Assembly (NCBI GenBank): GCA_951406725.2
Contig: OX597829.1
Span: 45,570,001 to 45,634,000 of the forward strand
Reading direction: 5' to 3'
Length of the DNA: 64,000 nucleotides
Source: Octopus vulgaris
Lineage: Eukaryota
A program made the position numbers and the translations under genes. Positions 36,273 to 48,560 of the stretch are shown one piece after another (position 1 is the first letter of the stretch; every line of letters begins with the position of its first letter). The notes under the pieces were generated by a model, which saw only the letters and a list, made by a program, of their open reading frames with translations, was not told the origin of the DNA and did not search any database.

Positions 36273-39200
36273 GTGTGTGTGCCAAGTAGTTAGAACGTCG
36301 GGCAAAATGCTTCGTGGTATCTTCCGATTCTCTACACCTTGAGTCCAAGCCTCACCGATGTTATCTTTGCCTTTTCATATCCTTTTGAGTTCGATGAATG
36401 AAAAAGTACCCATAACCAACCAAGGCTCTGGATTGCTGGATAGGATGCCCTGCTATGGCCTACTTGGTTGGTCAACTTAACCCGTCACTCGGTTTAACAT
36501 TACTACCTGGCCACCTTAGGTGCATTTAACGGTGTCCACTCTGGTGCAGCCATTCAGGCCAAGCTTCCGGTTTGAGGATACCTTCTTCCTTCCTCCTCAT
36601 CCTCCAATCCCGGACATACCCCTTACTCTTTACAATAAAAAAAAATCACCCTGTTTTAACGTAAGAAACTAATATAACAAGCGAACTAAACGAAAGATTC
36701 CCTGCCTGCGAGAGATCACATCGCTTTCTTTAATAAAGAGCGCATTCTATTTTGTAGTCCTGCATATGGGACAGTCCATAGAATCTGGTTGATTAAGATT
36801 GACCTGGGACTACGCAAATGCACGAATGTTGGAAATATAAGAAATAGCGACTGAATCTCCATCAAATTACACCCTATTTAAAAGAAAGAAAAGGAGAAGC
36901 TATATAGTCATTCGCAGCCTTATACAACAGTGTGGTTACGGCAGCAAAGCTTGTGTCTAATAGGCTTGGTTGGTCATGGTTGATTTGGGGTGTAAACAAC
37001 GGCTGTAGCAACTAATATCATACTTGTGGAAATGCCGGTGATAGTTGCTGGCCAACGCAAGTTAGTGCGCCGGACGAACAGTTTTTGTTACATTCATCTC
37101 GTTACTCTATTCTTTATTCAACTTCTCGCCGGGTGTTGTAGCAGTAGAAATAGATCTAATCGACGTATGTGAAAAGATTTGATTTTTGCTCAATCAAAAT
37201 AAATATATTACGTTGATGATTGTCCTGGTCAGTCTTAACTGAGTAAACCTTGTAATTAAAAGCATTTCAGCCGTCAGCTTCTAACCTTTTTGTAATATGC
37301 TGTCCATAACTCCGTTTCTAAGACATTAGGGTGTGATTTGATGACGATTTGTCTGCTATTTCTAGCTTGTCATCGGAGAGAGGGGCTATGCGTTAGTGTT
37401 AGACAATATTTGTCAGCAGCTGAGATATGCAACAATTGAGAGTAATTTATCAACAAACCGAAACTGCGAACCAGTTTCGATTTCCGATAGTTATTATTTA
37501 CTTCTCTTCACCTACATCGGGCACCGATTGCTTTAATAACCTGAGTCCACTTCTTTTTGTGTGTGTGTTTCTCTTTTAAGAAATAACGGCTACTGATTAT
37601 AAAGTAGTAGATTCTGTAGGTGCAAAATCATGGTTAACCGAACCTACCTGGCTATAATATATTTTCATTTATATCTATATTGATCTTGAGACACGTACAA
37701 ATATAAAAATAAAGGTACCAGTCAAGTACTCGGTAGCTTCAATGTTTCTTTAAAGCATCTTAGACGTGAAACGGAATTATATGCAATGCAAATAGAAACA
37801 GCGCACTGATCAGGAGTAAATATAATGCAAACGATACGGGAGAAAATACGGTAAAACGAACTTAACGAACTCGCATAAGCAATTTACGTTAGTATCTTCG
37901 ATCGATTGTTCGTTGTCTTGCGTTCAAATCTTGCTGAGTTTTCTGTTTCTCCATGTTCTGTAAAATAAGAATAAGTTATTTAATTGTAGATCAGTTGTGC
38001 TCGAAGAGATCTGCTATAAAATGTTCCATCCGTGACCATCACGTTTTTTTTTTTTTTAAATCACGCAGTCATCTTGATTCAGTATGTTCCCACCCCACCT
38101 TTTTACTTTAGTTCGTTTAATAAGAATCAGTTAACGGTGGGACGATCGTATCTATTTACCTTTCGAATGAGTGATGCTCCGAAAAAAAATATATATATAG
38201 TCGGCCGTATGTTGAAACCAAAACGATAATAAATAAAAGCTCCTGCTCTGTTTTTTTTTTTTTTTTAATTTGTCCAGCTTTATGGCTATAATAAAGAAAT
38301 GATTACTTATTATCAGGACTGAGAACAGACATTTTCTTGAGGGATATGCTGCCCTTCAGTAAATTCATTGAAATTTGGTTGAATGTGTGTGTTAAGGATG
38401 GCCCGAGTGAGAGGTCTACTCCAAATTGGCACCTGTAGACTTAGGAATAAGGAGGAGAGAGACGCACTGGCCATGGTACTCCGATAGTATATAGCGTGGT
38501 TCAGTATCTGTGAGGTTCCTTGGTTATCCCCTGGGTGACGTTTCCTCTGCACCTATTGGGGATTTTGTTATGATTTTTTTTTTTTTTGAAAATTATTTTT
38601 TTTTGGTTACGTTTCTATGTAAGTCCAAACTCTCCCTTGTCTTTGAGTTGAAATTTCACAGCTCTTGTGACCATAAAAAAAAACTTACGTATATGTTTAT
38701 TTATTGCTTTGGATAACCCTTTACGTTCTGAGTTCAAATCCCGCCCAGATAGACCGGCGTCGATTCAAATCTACATTATTGGTCAATAGATTTTTGGACT
38801 TGGCCCAAAACTTGAGAAATTGTTGTTTTTGTTGTTGCTACAGGTAGCGTGTTGGCAGAAATATCAGGTGTGTCGGACAAAATATTTCACTCCCTCTCTT
38901 TCTACATTTCCGAATTAAGATCGTAACCGGATTATCTTTGTCTCAATTTTCTTGAAGTCAGGAATGCGAGGTACTACTTATATAGTGATGACAAATTGAC
39001 TTTTCCCTACTTTAAGAAATTGATGGCCATGCGCCAATGTAAACCGTTTTCGTTTGTTATTGTTGTTCTTGTTAAATGCTATTATTTTCGTATTTGAATT
39101 TTCCGTTTTACATTACATTGTTTTATGGATATTAAAATCAATATATTCCTTATCAGAAATCAATATTAACATTATTGTTATTATTATTATTGTTGTTGTT

Positions 39201-40359
39201 GTTGATATTGTCGTTGCATGCTTATTGTTGATGATTATATTTATGATGATGCTGGCCACACATAACAACCAGTCTTGTGTATTTTTGTTTTTATTATTAT
39301 TTTTATTCCTGTAATTTTTATATATTACGTTTATTTTTGCACCCTTTTTCTTTTTTTCTCGCATGTTTTGTTATCTTTTTTTTGCTACTGACGATGTTTT
39401 AAAATGTTTATATGATCATGTTTTAAAGGTGATTTTAATATATCTGTTTACATTATAATATAATCTATATCAGCATCTTTTAACTTGGGAGAAGGGAAAA
39501 ATTGGAGAAATTTCTCCACAGGAGAAAGAAGGAATACATTTCAAGTTGCCAAAAGGGGAAAGTGTTCATTGGTTGGAATAGAATCCTTTGTCATTATTTA
39601 CACCGTTTTTATGAGATTTACTTTCCTTAATGTCGATTTCAAGGATGTTAATGTTAATATTTTAAGTCTGTTAATGGTATTTGCAAACCATAAGGCATAT
39701 GTCACTCTTCATCTATTACTAAATATTGATACTCTGTTCAAAATTGGCCATGTTAGGATTCCTAGATTGAGTTGCAGTTAGCAGATTGTGCTTCTTCTCT
39801 GCACTGCATAGAAAATTCCTATGCATGTACCACATAAAAAGCACCCAGTACACTCTGTAAAGTGGTTGGTGTTAGGAAGGGCATCCAGGAGTAGAAGTTA
39901 TACCAAAGCAGACAATGAAACCTGGTGTAGCTATCCAGCTTACCAGCTCCCATGAAACCGTCCAACCCATGTCATTGTGGAAGATATGTGTTAAATGATT
40001 ATATATATATCAAAAGGATGTGTTATTATACTATTCTACAGCCATACCAACAATCCAACATACCTCCATCATCAGCTGCCACATCGATATCATTATGGTT
40101 TTGACACCTGAGCAGTACCATTCAATCCGGTATGTATATATATATTTGAAAGAATGAGTAGAGATGGCTTTCTTTTTTATTGTATGCATTTTTAGTTTGA
40201 AAACAGCTAATTGAAGCTTAAAACTTATATCAGAGTAACTCATTGTAAACATTATTATTGACATTAAAATGAAAATTTATCCCATCAAAAAATCCATTTC
40301 TATTCATTCTTTCAAATATATATAATACTGTACCAAGAAGTTTCTCTTTATTACTTTAC

Positions 40360-40830
40360 TATATCGCAGTCATGCTAGGCTAGTCATGTCATCAGTATGA
40401 GTGATGAAAGAATATCCAAAGTCCCCATGTACTGTCAGCTTGAGAGTGGACACAGGAATGTTGGTTGACCATGGCTCAAATATAAGGACAGGCTAAAGAG
40501 TAATCTCTTGGAGATGAAGGTAACTCACAATATTTTTGAGCAAACAGCCTTGATACGAACAAAATGGAGATCGTTGTGTCAAAATGGTATTAAAAACTTT
40601 GTTGCAACCAGCATTAACAGGCTTCAGGGTGCAAGGCAAAGGAGAGAAGTGGTTGCAAATATGCCACTTGCACTGACCTGTAATCCTCATACTTGTAACA
40701 TCTGTGGCCTCCTTTGCAAATCGTTGGCAGGACTTAAATGTCACATTCGACATAAGCATTAAGACAGACATTACAAAGAAAGAGGATGTTGAAGCCTCAT
40801 ACGTCAAAACTGACGGGAGAGTCCGTCATA
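40360..40830 (+). pseudogene. RTE (BovB-like) LINE 3' end with C2H2 zinc finger
   Basis: ASHVISMSDERISKVPMYCQLESGHRNVG*PWLKYKDRLKSNL...TCNICGLLCKSLAGLKCHIRHKH; in-frame stop. Confidence 0.85.
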
Positions 40831-41352
40831 TACATAATGTGAAGTATCTCTTCCTACTTTAAAATTTGAAGGTAAAACTCCATTGTATATAAAGAGAGAT
40901 TAATAACAGTACACTGGAACCAATCAATTGACAGTGCTTATATATGTCACATCATGGTTGAATGGTTTTAAGTTTGCTTTGTTATCACAAAGTCCAGGGT
41001 TCGATCTCAATGTGTGGAACCTTGTGCAATGTCTTTTATTATAACCTAAAACACGAGTAAAACTGTGGGAAGCATGTCTGATGTGTTATACCAGTAATTT
41101 AAAGGCCATTGTCACAGTGCCACACCAGTTCTATCCGAGAATTGCATTAAAGGTACACATCTTATAGGTACAGGTGTGGCTTTGTGGTAACCACATGGTT
41201 CCAGATTGTTTGGATTTGTGGATTCCATAGATGGATACTGAAAGAAGTCCATTGTGTGTGTGTGTGTGTGTGTGTGTGTACATATATAGATATCATCATT
41301 GTTTAACATCTGTTTTCCATGCTGGCATGAGTTAGACAGTTTGACTGAGGAC

Positions 41353-41555
41353 TTTAGCATTTAAACTGGCCATATTTGGCCAAAATGTTCTATCTGTTTT
41401 ATATTCACACTGACCAGATCCTGCCACTCACACCTACCCTACAATGGCATTTTAAAACTTAAAACAATCAAATTATCTAGATCTTGATGTTACGACATAA
41501 TACATGATTAATTCAAAACAATGTGAATAAATTAACCTGAATCCTAAAGACTTAA
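41353..41555. mobile_element. piggyBac-like MITE family P2 (decayed)
   Basis: Homologous to 53105-53583. Confidence 0.65.
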
Positions 41556-41724
41556 ATACTTGATTGGTAGTTGGCTGTACATGGATTTTCATGGAGTTCT
41601 AAGCATCAGTTAAGTGTTATGCTGTCTCATATGAAATAGCAGAACTTACGTTCTTTGGTTATGTTCTTAGTCCACTGTTTATCAAAAAATAACATTTGTG
41701 TTACTTTGTATGAAATATATCTGG

Positions 41725-41997
41725 TAAACACTGTAAAGTGGTTGGCATTTGGAAGGACACCCAGCTGTAAAAACAATGCCAGAATTGACCTTGCTTGCAC
41801 TTGTGCCACATAAAAAGCATTCTGTCCATTCTGCTGGGTGGTTGGTGTTAGAAAGAGCATCCAGCTGTAAAAAAAAAATGCCAAAATAGACCCAGAAGTC
41901 TGGTGCAGGCTCCTGTCTGGCCACCTCCTTTCAAACCATCCGACCCATACTAGCATGGAAGGTGGACATTAAATGCTGATGATAACAATGATGATGA
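41725..41997 (+). mobile_element. family C elements
   Basis: GTGGTTGG..TTAG.AAG.GCATCCAGCTGTAAAA motif twice, (GAT) tail. Confidence 0.7.
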
Positions 41998-42966
41998 ACT
42001 CCAGTTTGGTTTCATTTCTTCTACCAACTTTCAAGTTCCAAATATATTAAGACATGTATGTATAAGAGTGTTGTTCTCTGATTGACAGTTAACCAAAGAA
42101 GCCGTTGAAGTGCTTCTCTATAAATCCTGTAGAGCTAGTTTGAGGTGCTAATTTATTTATTTATTTATTTATTTATTTATAGCATTGACATGAAGAATGT
42201 AATTTTAACTGTCAAACAATATGTGACTGACCTGACTTATGATTGTTGGGTGTCATTTAAAACTTTGAAACCTTTATTCAATATTTCTTTCACCATATGT
42301 TCATGTACAATTAGACAAGGATGGCTGCACAAAACTTTTTAGGTTTGTTTTTTTTGTAATCATGGTTACTCCACATATATGCTCATATGCATACATGTAT
42401 GTATGTGTATATATATATGTGTGTGTGTATATGTGTGTGTGTGCATGTATACATGTGTGTGCATGTATACATGTATGTGCGTGTATATATGTGTGCGTGT
42501 ATATACATGTGTGTGTGTGTATATATATGTGTGTGTTTATATATATATATGTGAGTGTGTATGTATATATGTATAGGTGTATGAGTATGTATATTTATAA
42601 GATTTATTTATGGTGTATACCATTACACCATAAATGACCTACTACGTGATTTGGGCAAGTGACTCCTACTGTATCTTGGGGCTGACCAATGCCTTGTGAG
42701 TGGATTTGGTAGGCACAAACTGAAAAAAGCCCCATGTGTTTGTGCTTGTACCTACTACCATTTGGCAACCAGTGTTGGTTTGTTTATGTCTCCATAACTT
42801 GGTGGTTTTGGAAAAAGAGACCTGTACAGTAAGTACCAGGCTTAGTGGGGCTGAAAAAAAAAGTACTGAAGTTCATTTGTTCAGCTAAATCCTTGAACTT
42901 GGTGTCACTGCATGACAGTAAAAAGTAGGATATTTCTAAATATATATATATACACACACACATATA

Positions 42967-44109
42967 CATGGTTTGATCAGTAAGTGTCCAGACTGTTGCC
43001 ATAGTAGTGAAGCTAAAGCATGCAGAGTGAAGCTGCTTTGCACAAATTGACCTTGAACTTTGCTGTGCATGCACACTAAGTTTTAATGCTCTAGCTCACT
43101 TCTGCTGTTTACAGCAGTACTTGGAAGGAAGGTGTGTAGTATGTGATCATTGCATTGACAATGACAGAGAAAGCTGATCTGAGAATCTGCATCAAATTTT
43201 GCCAAGAGCTTGGCAATACCTGCTCAGAGGCTATGCAAAGTTTTCAAAGAGTTTGCATCGTTCTTGATTCAGTGGAAGTATTATAAAGCATTTTTCACAC
43301 GATCATAATAGATAGGTCTGTTAAGAAATAAAATGAAAGTGAATATAGCATTTTTGAGTGTTCTTGAATAGCTAAAAAGTGACTCTTACATGGTGAGAAT
43401 TCTTCATTTCGAAGAAATTTTATACACATACGTACATGTATGCATTTTATTTTTCTAATATGTAACCGTGTGTGTATTGTTGGCGATTTTCTTTCTCTGT
43501 CTTCCCTTCTTCGGACCTTTACTATATTTCTGATATAACTGAAACCCAAGTGTCTTTTTGTCCGGCTGAAAACAGTTTTGGCACAAAAATTTGCAGACAC
43601 GCATCTTATACCTAAATCTTCAGTGATAAAGGACTGAACTGAACCGTAACTATTCTGCACATCCTCTGATAACTCATGGATGGTGATTCGAGGAATTCCT
43701 CCACACAGCTGCATACATATCTGTGATGTTTTTCTCAGTTCTGCTGGTTACAGGTCTCCCAGAATGTTTGTCACTATTGACATTTTTTCAGCCATCATGG
43801 AAACATCTGGACCACTTGTACACTTGTTTGCGGCTTATACACTCCTCTCCATACACTTTCTGCAACTTTCCGTTAGCCCCTGAGCAGGTATTGCCATGGC
43901 AACTTTCTCTGTCATGGTCAATGTGATGATCTCACGCTACACACCTTCCTTCCAAGCACTGGTGTAAATGGCAGAAGTGAGCTAGAATGTTAAAAAACTT
44001 GGTGCATATGAATAACAGAGTCCAAGGTCAACTTGTACCAAGCAGCTTCACTCTGCATACTTTAGCTTTGTTACGAAGGCAACAGTTCGGGTACTTATTG
44101 ATTAGACCG
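42967..44109. mobile_element. mariner derivative: two inverted 5' ends with transposase fragments
   Basis: Arms 42967-43230(+) and about 43880-44109(-); MTEKADLRICIKFCQELG at 43161(+); RITIHELSEDVQNSYGSVQSFITEDLGIRCVSANF on minus at about 43590-43690. Confidence 0.85.
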
Positions 44110-44115
44110 TATATA

Positions 44116-44895
44116 GGCATGACTGTGTGGTAAGAAGCTTGCTTCCCAACCACATGGTCCTGGGTTCAGTCCCACTGTGTGACACCTTGGGCAAGTGCCT
44201 TCTATTATAGCCTTAGGCTGACCAAAGCCTCATGAGTGGATTTGGTAGACAAAAACTGAAAGAAACCCATTATATATATGTGTGTGTGTATGTGTGTGCT
44301 TGTTCCCCCACCCCACCAACGCTTGATAACCAATGTTGTGTTTAAGTCCCCATAACTTAGCAGTTCAGCAAAAGATACTGATAGAATTAGTACTAGGCTT
44401 ACAAAGAATAAGTCCTGGGGTTGATTTTTTTTTTACTAAAAACCCTTTAAAGCAGTGCTCCAGCATAGCCACAGTTAAATGATTGAAACAAGTAAAAGAA
44501 TATATAGGAGCAGTTGTGTGGTAAGTAGCTTGCTTACTAACCACATGGTTCTGGGTTCAGTCCCACTGCATGGCACCATGGGCAAGTGTCTTCTACTACA
44601 GCTTTGGGCTGACCAAAGCCTTGTGAGTGGATTTAGTAGACAGAAACTGAAAGAAGCCCGTTATATATATATATATATGTAGATATGTATGTATCTGTTT
44701 GTCCCCCCCTCCTCAACAGTTGACAACTGATGTTGGTGAACTTGTGTCCCTGTAACTTAGTGGTTCGGCAAAAGAGACCGATAGAATAAGTACTAAGCTT
44801 ACAAAGAATAAGTCCTGGGGGCAATTTGTTCAAGTAAAGGCGGTGATCCAGCATGGCCACTGTCAGCTGACTGAAACAAATTACAGAATAAAAGA
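44116..44895 (+). mobile_element. two SINE-A copies in tandem (44116-44499, 44506-44895)
   Basis: Homology to other copies. Confidence 0.88.
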
Positions 44896-45294
44896 ATATA
44901 TATTTATATATACAGGCATTCTGTCGGTTACGAAGATGAGGGTTCCAGTTGATCCAATCAACGGAACCCTCATCTTTGCTAGTGGAATTAACATGCAAGT
45001 GGCTTAGCACTTCACAAACATATAATTTCTTTTAAGTTTTTAATATTTCATATTATAGATGATATTATATATATATTCTGTGATATTCTCATCTACAATC
45101 GTCGCAGTATCTTAGTCATGGATAATTATTGGCAAAATAGCTGATGTGAAACAATTGGTCCTAGGTTTTTTTTTTTTACTTAAAAAATCTATTATCTACT
45201 CTTCTGGTACTGAGTACTTCTTCTTTCAGTTAGTTATTAACACACAGACACGCCCACACATAGATGCATATACACATACTATGATATTGTGACA

Positions 45295-45690
45295 GGTTGT
45301 AGAAGTGCTATAAAACATTTTTCACACGATCATAATAGATTGGTCTGTTATGAAATAAAATGAAAGTGAATATGGCATTTTTTGAGTGTTCTTGAATAGC
45401 TAAAAAGTGACTCTTACATGGTGAGAATTCTTCATTTCGAAGAAATTTTATACATATACATACATGTATGCATTTTATTTTTTTCCAATATGTGACCGTG
45501 TGTGTATCGTTGGCGATTTTCTTTCTCTTTATTCCCTTCTTTGGACTTTTTCTATATTTCTGATGAAGTGCTCCACTTGAAACGTGAACTCTTTCTTTTC
45601 TTTCCTTTCCTGAGCATCCAATAACACAGTACTTGTACCACGTCCTTGTGTTGTTGTTTTTTCTTGCTTATTCTTGTTTGGATTGACTAT
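45295..45690 (+). mobile_element. Penelope-like LTR (second family) with decayed hammerhead; partial copy at 43270-43535
   Basis: CUGAUGA 45560-45566, GAAA 45579-45582; a segment of about 265 bp is closely repeated at 43270-43535. Confidence 0.55.
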
Positions 45691-45773
45691 ATATATAATA
45701 ATAATATTAGGGAATATGATTCCAAACTTACAGGGATAGATTCAATTTAGTAATACTAAATCAAATTTCACAA

Positions 45774-46156
45774 TCTCTCTATATATAAACGGCAGTTTGT
45801 CTGTGCGTTTTCTGTGTGTCTGTTTTCTCGTACCCTCACTCTGACCACGGCTTTCAACCGATTCTAATGAAACTTGACACACACATAGCCCAATGTCATA
45901 ATTCAAAACTAACGCAGCGAAAATTTTGAAAAGTTCCCCCACTTCTGAAAAAAATCGATAAATTCAACATGGGGTTGAGAATCAGAAACACAAACCAAAA
46001 ACTGTCTAGGGGACGCAACTCCACTTTTTTTAACTCTCAAAAAAAAATTTACCATCATTTTTTCAATTTTTTTGCTATTTTTTGGCTATAACTCTCTAAA
46101 AATGCTTTATAGTTATTTCCCTTACAAACCTGAGCAACGCCGGGCGATACTGCTAG
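45774..46156 (+). mobile_element. non-autonomous Helitron family H1
   Basis: A|TC...CTAG|T ends, subterminal hairpin CC(T/C)GAGCAACGCCGGG, no TSD. Confidence 0.88.
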
Positions 46157-46532
46157 TATATAATATATGTATATAAATTAGAGAAGAACCACCATGTAGC
46201 AATTCAACAATGATATAATGAAATCCTAATATATAGAAAAAAAAATTAAATATACGATAAAACATATACCTATAATTAAGTAAAGTACAAAATAATGAAT
46301 AAATAATGAATAAATAGTATATAATTAGTAAAAGAAGATACATTACGGAACTGATATTTTAATGAGTTATATCTATTTATCATCTGATGAGACACATCTG
46401 CATCACCAGATGCTCCTGAACCAATAAAGTGTCCCTCCGTTTACCATATGCATAATGAACACTGAAATTGATCATACTTTACCGGTAAGCTACCAGGTGT
46501 AAACCATTTGTCATTATATATATATATATATA

Positions 46533-46907
46533 TCTTTTCTCTATATATAAACGGCAGTTTGTCTGTGTGTGTTTCTGTGTGTCTGTTAGGTTGTACCCTC
46601 ACCCTGACCACGGCTTTCAACCGATTCTGATGAAACTTGACACACACATAGTCCAATGTCATAATTCAAAACTAACGCAGCGAAAATTTTGAAAAGTTCC
46701 CCCAGTTCTGAAAAAAATCGATAAATTCGACATGGGGTCGAGAATCAGAAACACAAACCACAGACTGTCATGGGGACGCAACTCGACCTTTTTAACTAAA
46801 AAAAAAATTTACCATCATTTTTTTTCCATTTTTTGGCTATAACTCTCTAAAAATGCTTTATAGTTATTTCCCTTACAAACCCGAGCAACGCCGGGCGATA
46901 CTGCTAG
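46533..46907 (+). mobile_element. non-autonomous Helitron family H1
   Basis: A|TC...CTAG|T ends, hairpin CCCGAGCAACGCCGGG; closely similar to 45774-46156. Confidence 0.9.
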
Positions 46908-47187
46908 TATATATATATATCCTCTGGCTCTGATAAAATATTTGAGAAAAATTATATCAATATATCTTGTCTATTGAAAATCCATATATTTTTGCAACTG
47001 AAGATGGCACTATTTAAATTGGTGTAATGCTTGCATTGTTCAATTAAATGGAGGTGCCTTAAACAGTCGTAATGCACTGATACTTGGACATCTTGTTACT
47101 TATGTTGATTTTACTTCAAGTGGTATGGACAGTACTGGACTGACTTGGTACTTCAACTTAAGTTCCTTCAACTGAATCTAATATATA

Positions 47188-47224
<37 letters not shown>

Positions 47225-47939
47225 AACGAATTCCAACTCTGTCTGTTTTTTATGTTTTATTTATATTCTTTATAATATTAATGTAGAATATAGAATATAT
47301 AGTATAAATAATATATATAGTAAAATGAAATGAAGTATTGATTGTCTTATTGAATATCAAATATTAAGGGACTAGTATACTTTCTTGCATTTAAGCAGTC
47401 TTCAAGGTCTCAGGTTGTGACAGGAATGTTTCAACTGTATATATACATACATATGCACACATTCACATACACAAGGTGTGTTTCGTGGGATTTCCTTGAG
47501 AGATTTATTGGGGAGGTATGACAACCTAACCTTAACCCTGCTGCTTCAACTTACCTTGTTCAGGTTTCTCCACACTACACCCATTTTCCAGTGTGGGGTG
47601 GGGGTGGGTGGAGCTCTGTAGTTGTCATTATCAAAGCGAAACAGCATAGAAAATTATTATATGCATATATCTCATCATTGACTAGACCAATAATCTGGCC
47701 TGTTTCCCCACCGACATTTGATAGCAGTAATTTGATACTGTTTTACATACTCCTGTACATGACCTGCAGGAAAAGGGTGATTGTGAGGGAAGAAGGGTTT
47801 TCTTTTTTGTATGATTTTGAATTTTGTCTAGGCTTGGTTTATCTGTTTTAAATTTTTTATTTGAAAAATCTTACAGAATAAACTTACTTAATTTTATAAA
47901 TTTTATAATTAAAAATGAAAAATTAGTGAGATTGATGTC

Positions 47940-48560
47940 ATTTTAGAAAGAACACTAGACTATTACAGAAACATCTAGAGAGACAGCAATCATCTTTGAG
48001 GATAGAACAATTGCCATGTTTAGTGATTGTAAGGAAGAAACATGGGTTGACAGGAAATTTCAGAGGAATGATTTTTTTTGAGATTGGGAATAGTGTTAAG
48101 TGTATGGCCCAGGGGCTGCAGACACATTATGGGTAATGAGAAGTAAAGTTAGTTATTCATTCATGGAATGGTATGAGACCAACCAGCTCCAGAGTATTAT
48201 ACTATAGTAGTAGTAGAAGGACAAGATCATACATCTGTGGGCCAAAAATTGGATTGTGATGGTGAGCTGTATCTTGACCATCAGTTGAGTGGCCTTTGTT
48301 GTAAGACTCAGATGACACTCACAATGGAGTATTGATCCCACATCTGGAGGCAATACTCAATCATTTGGACTTTGAAGAATTTATCAGTTGTTGGATTATG
48401 AAGTATTTTCTAGCTCTGAATAGAAAGCCAGTCTTTGTGAGGCATCCTTTGCCATGATGAAGATATATACTTGTTAGGGGAGATTCTCATTGATGGTTTA
48501 GTGGGAATATATAGTCAGTACAAGGTGTTGATGTGGCTGTGTGTATGTTATTACAAGAGT
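47940..48560 (-). pseudogene. decayed LINE (I/Jockey-like) RT-region fragment
   Basis: SAAPGP and FLTITKHGNCSILK resemble the SAPGPD and FP..WK.A....ILK motifs. Confidence 0.3.

Noticed and set aside
40508-40762. Host C2H2 zinc-finger gene
   Set aside because: It is a single finger at the end of an RTE LINE ORF, with an upstream in-frame stop
42082-42260. Plus-strand exon pair LTKEAVEVLLYKSCRASL / IDMKNVILTVK
   Set aside because: The donor is weak, the implied intron is under 40 nt, and no homology is recognised
45138-45164. Hammerhead UAG-CUGAUG-U-GAAA-CAAUUG-GUC-CUA
   Set aside because: Stem II and A9 are absent; at best a deleted relic
46384-46420. CTGATGAG hammerhead start (also CTGACGA at 29728)
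   Set aside because: No correctly placed GAAA or stem partners were found
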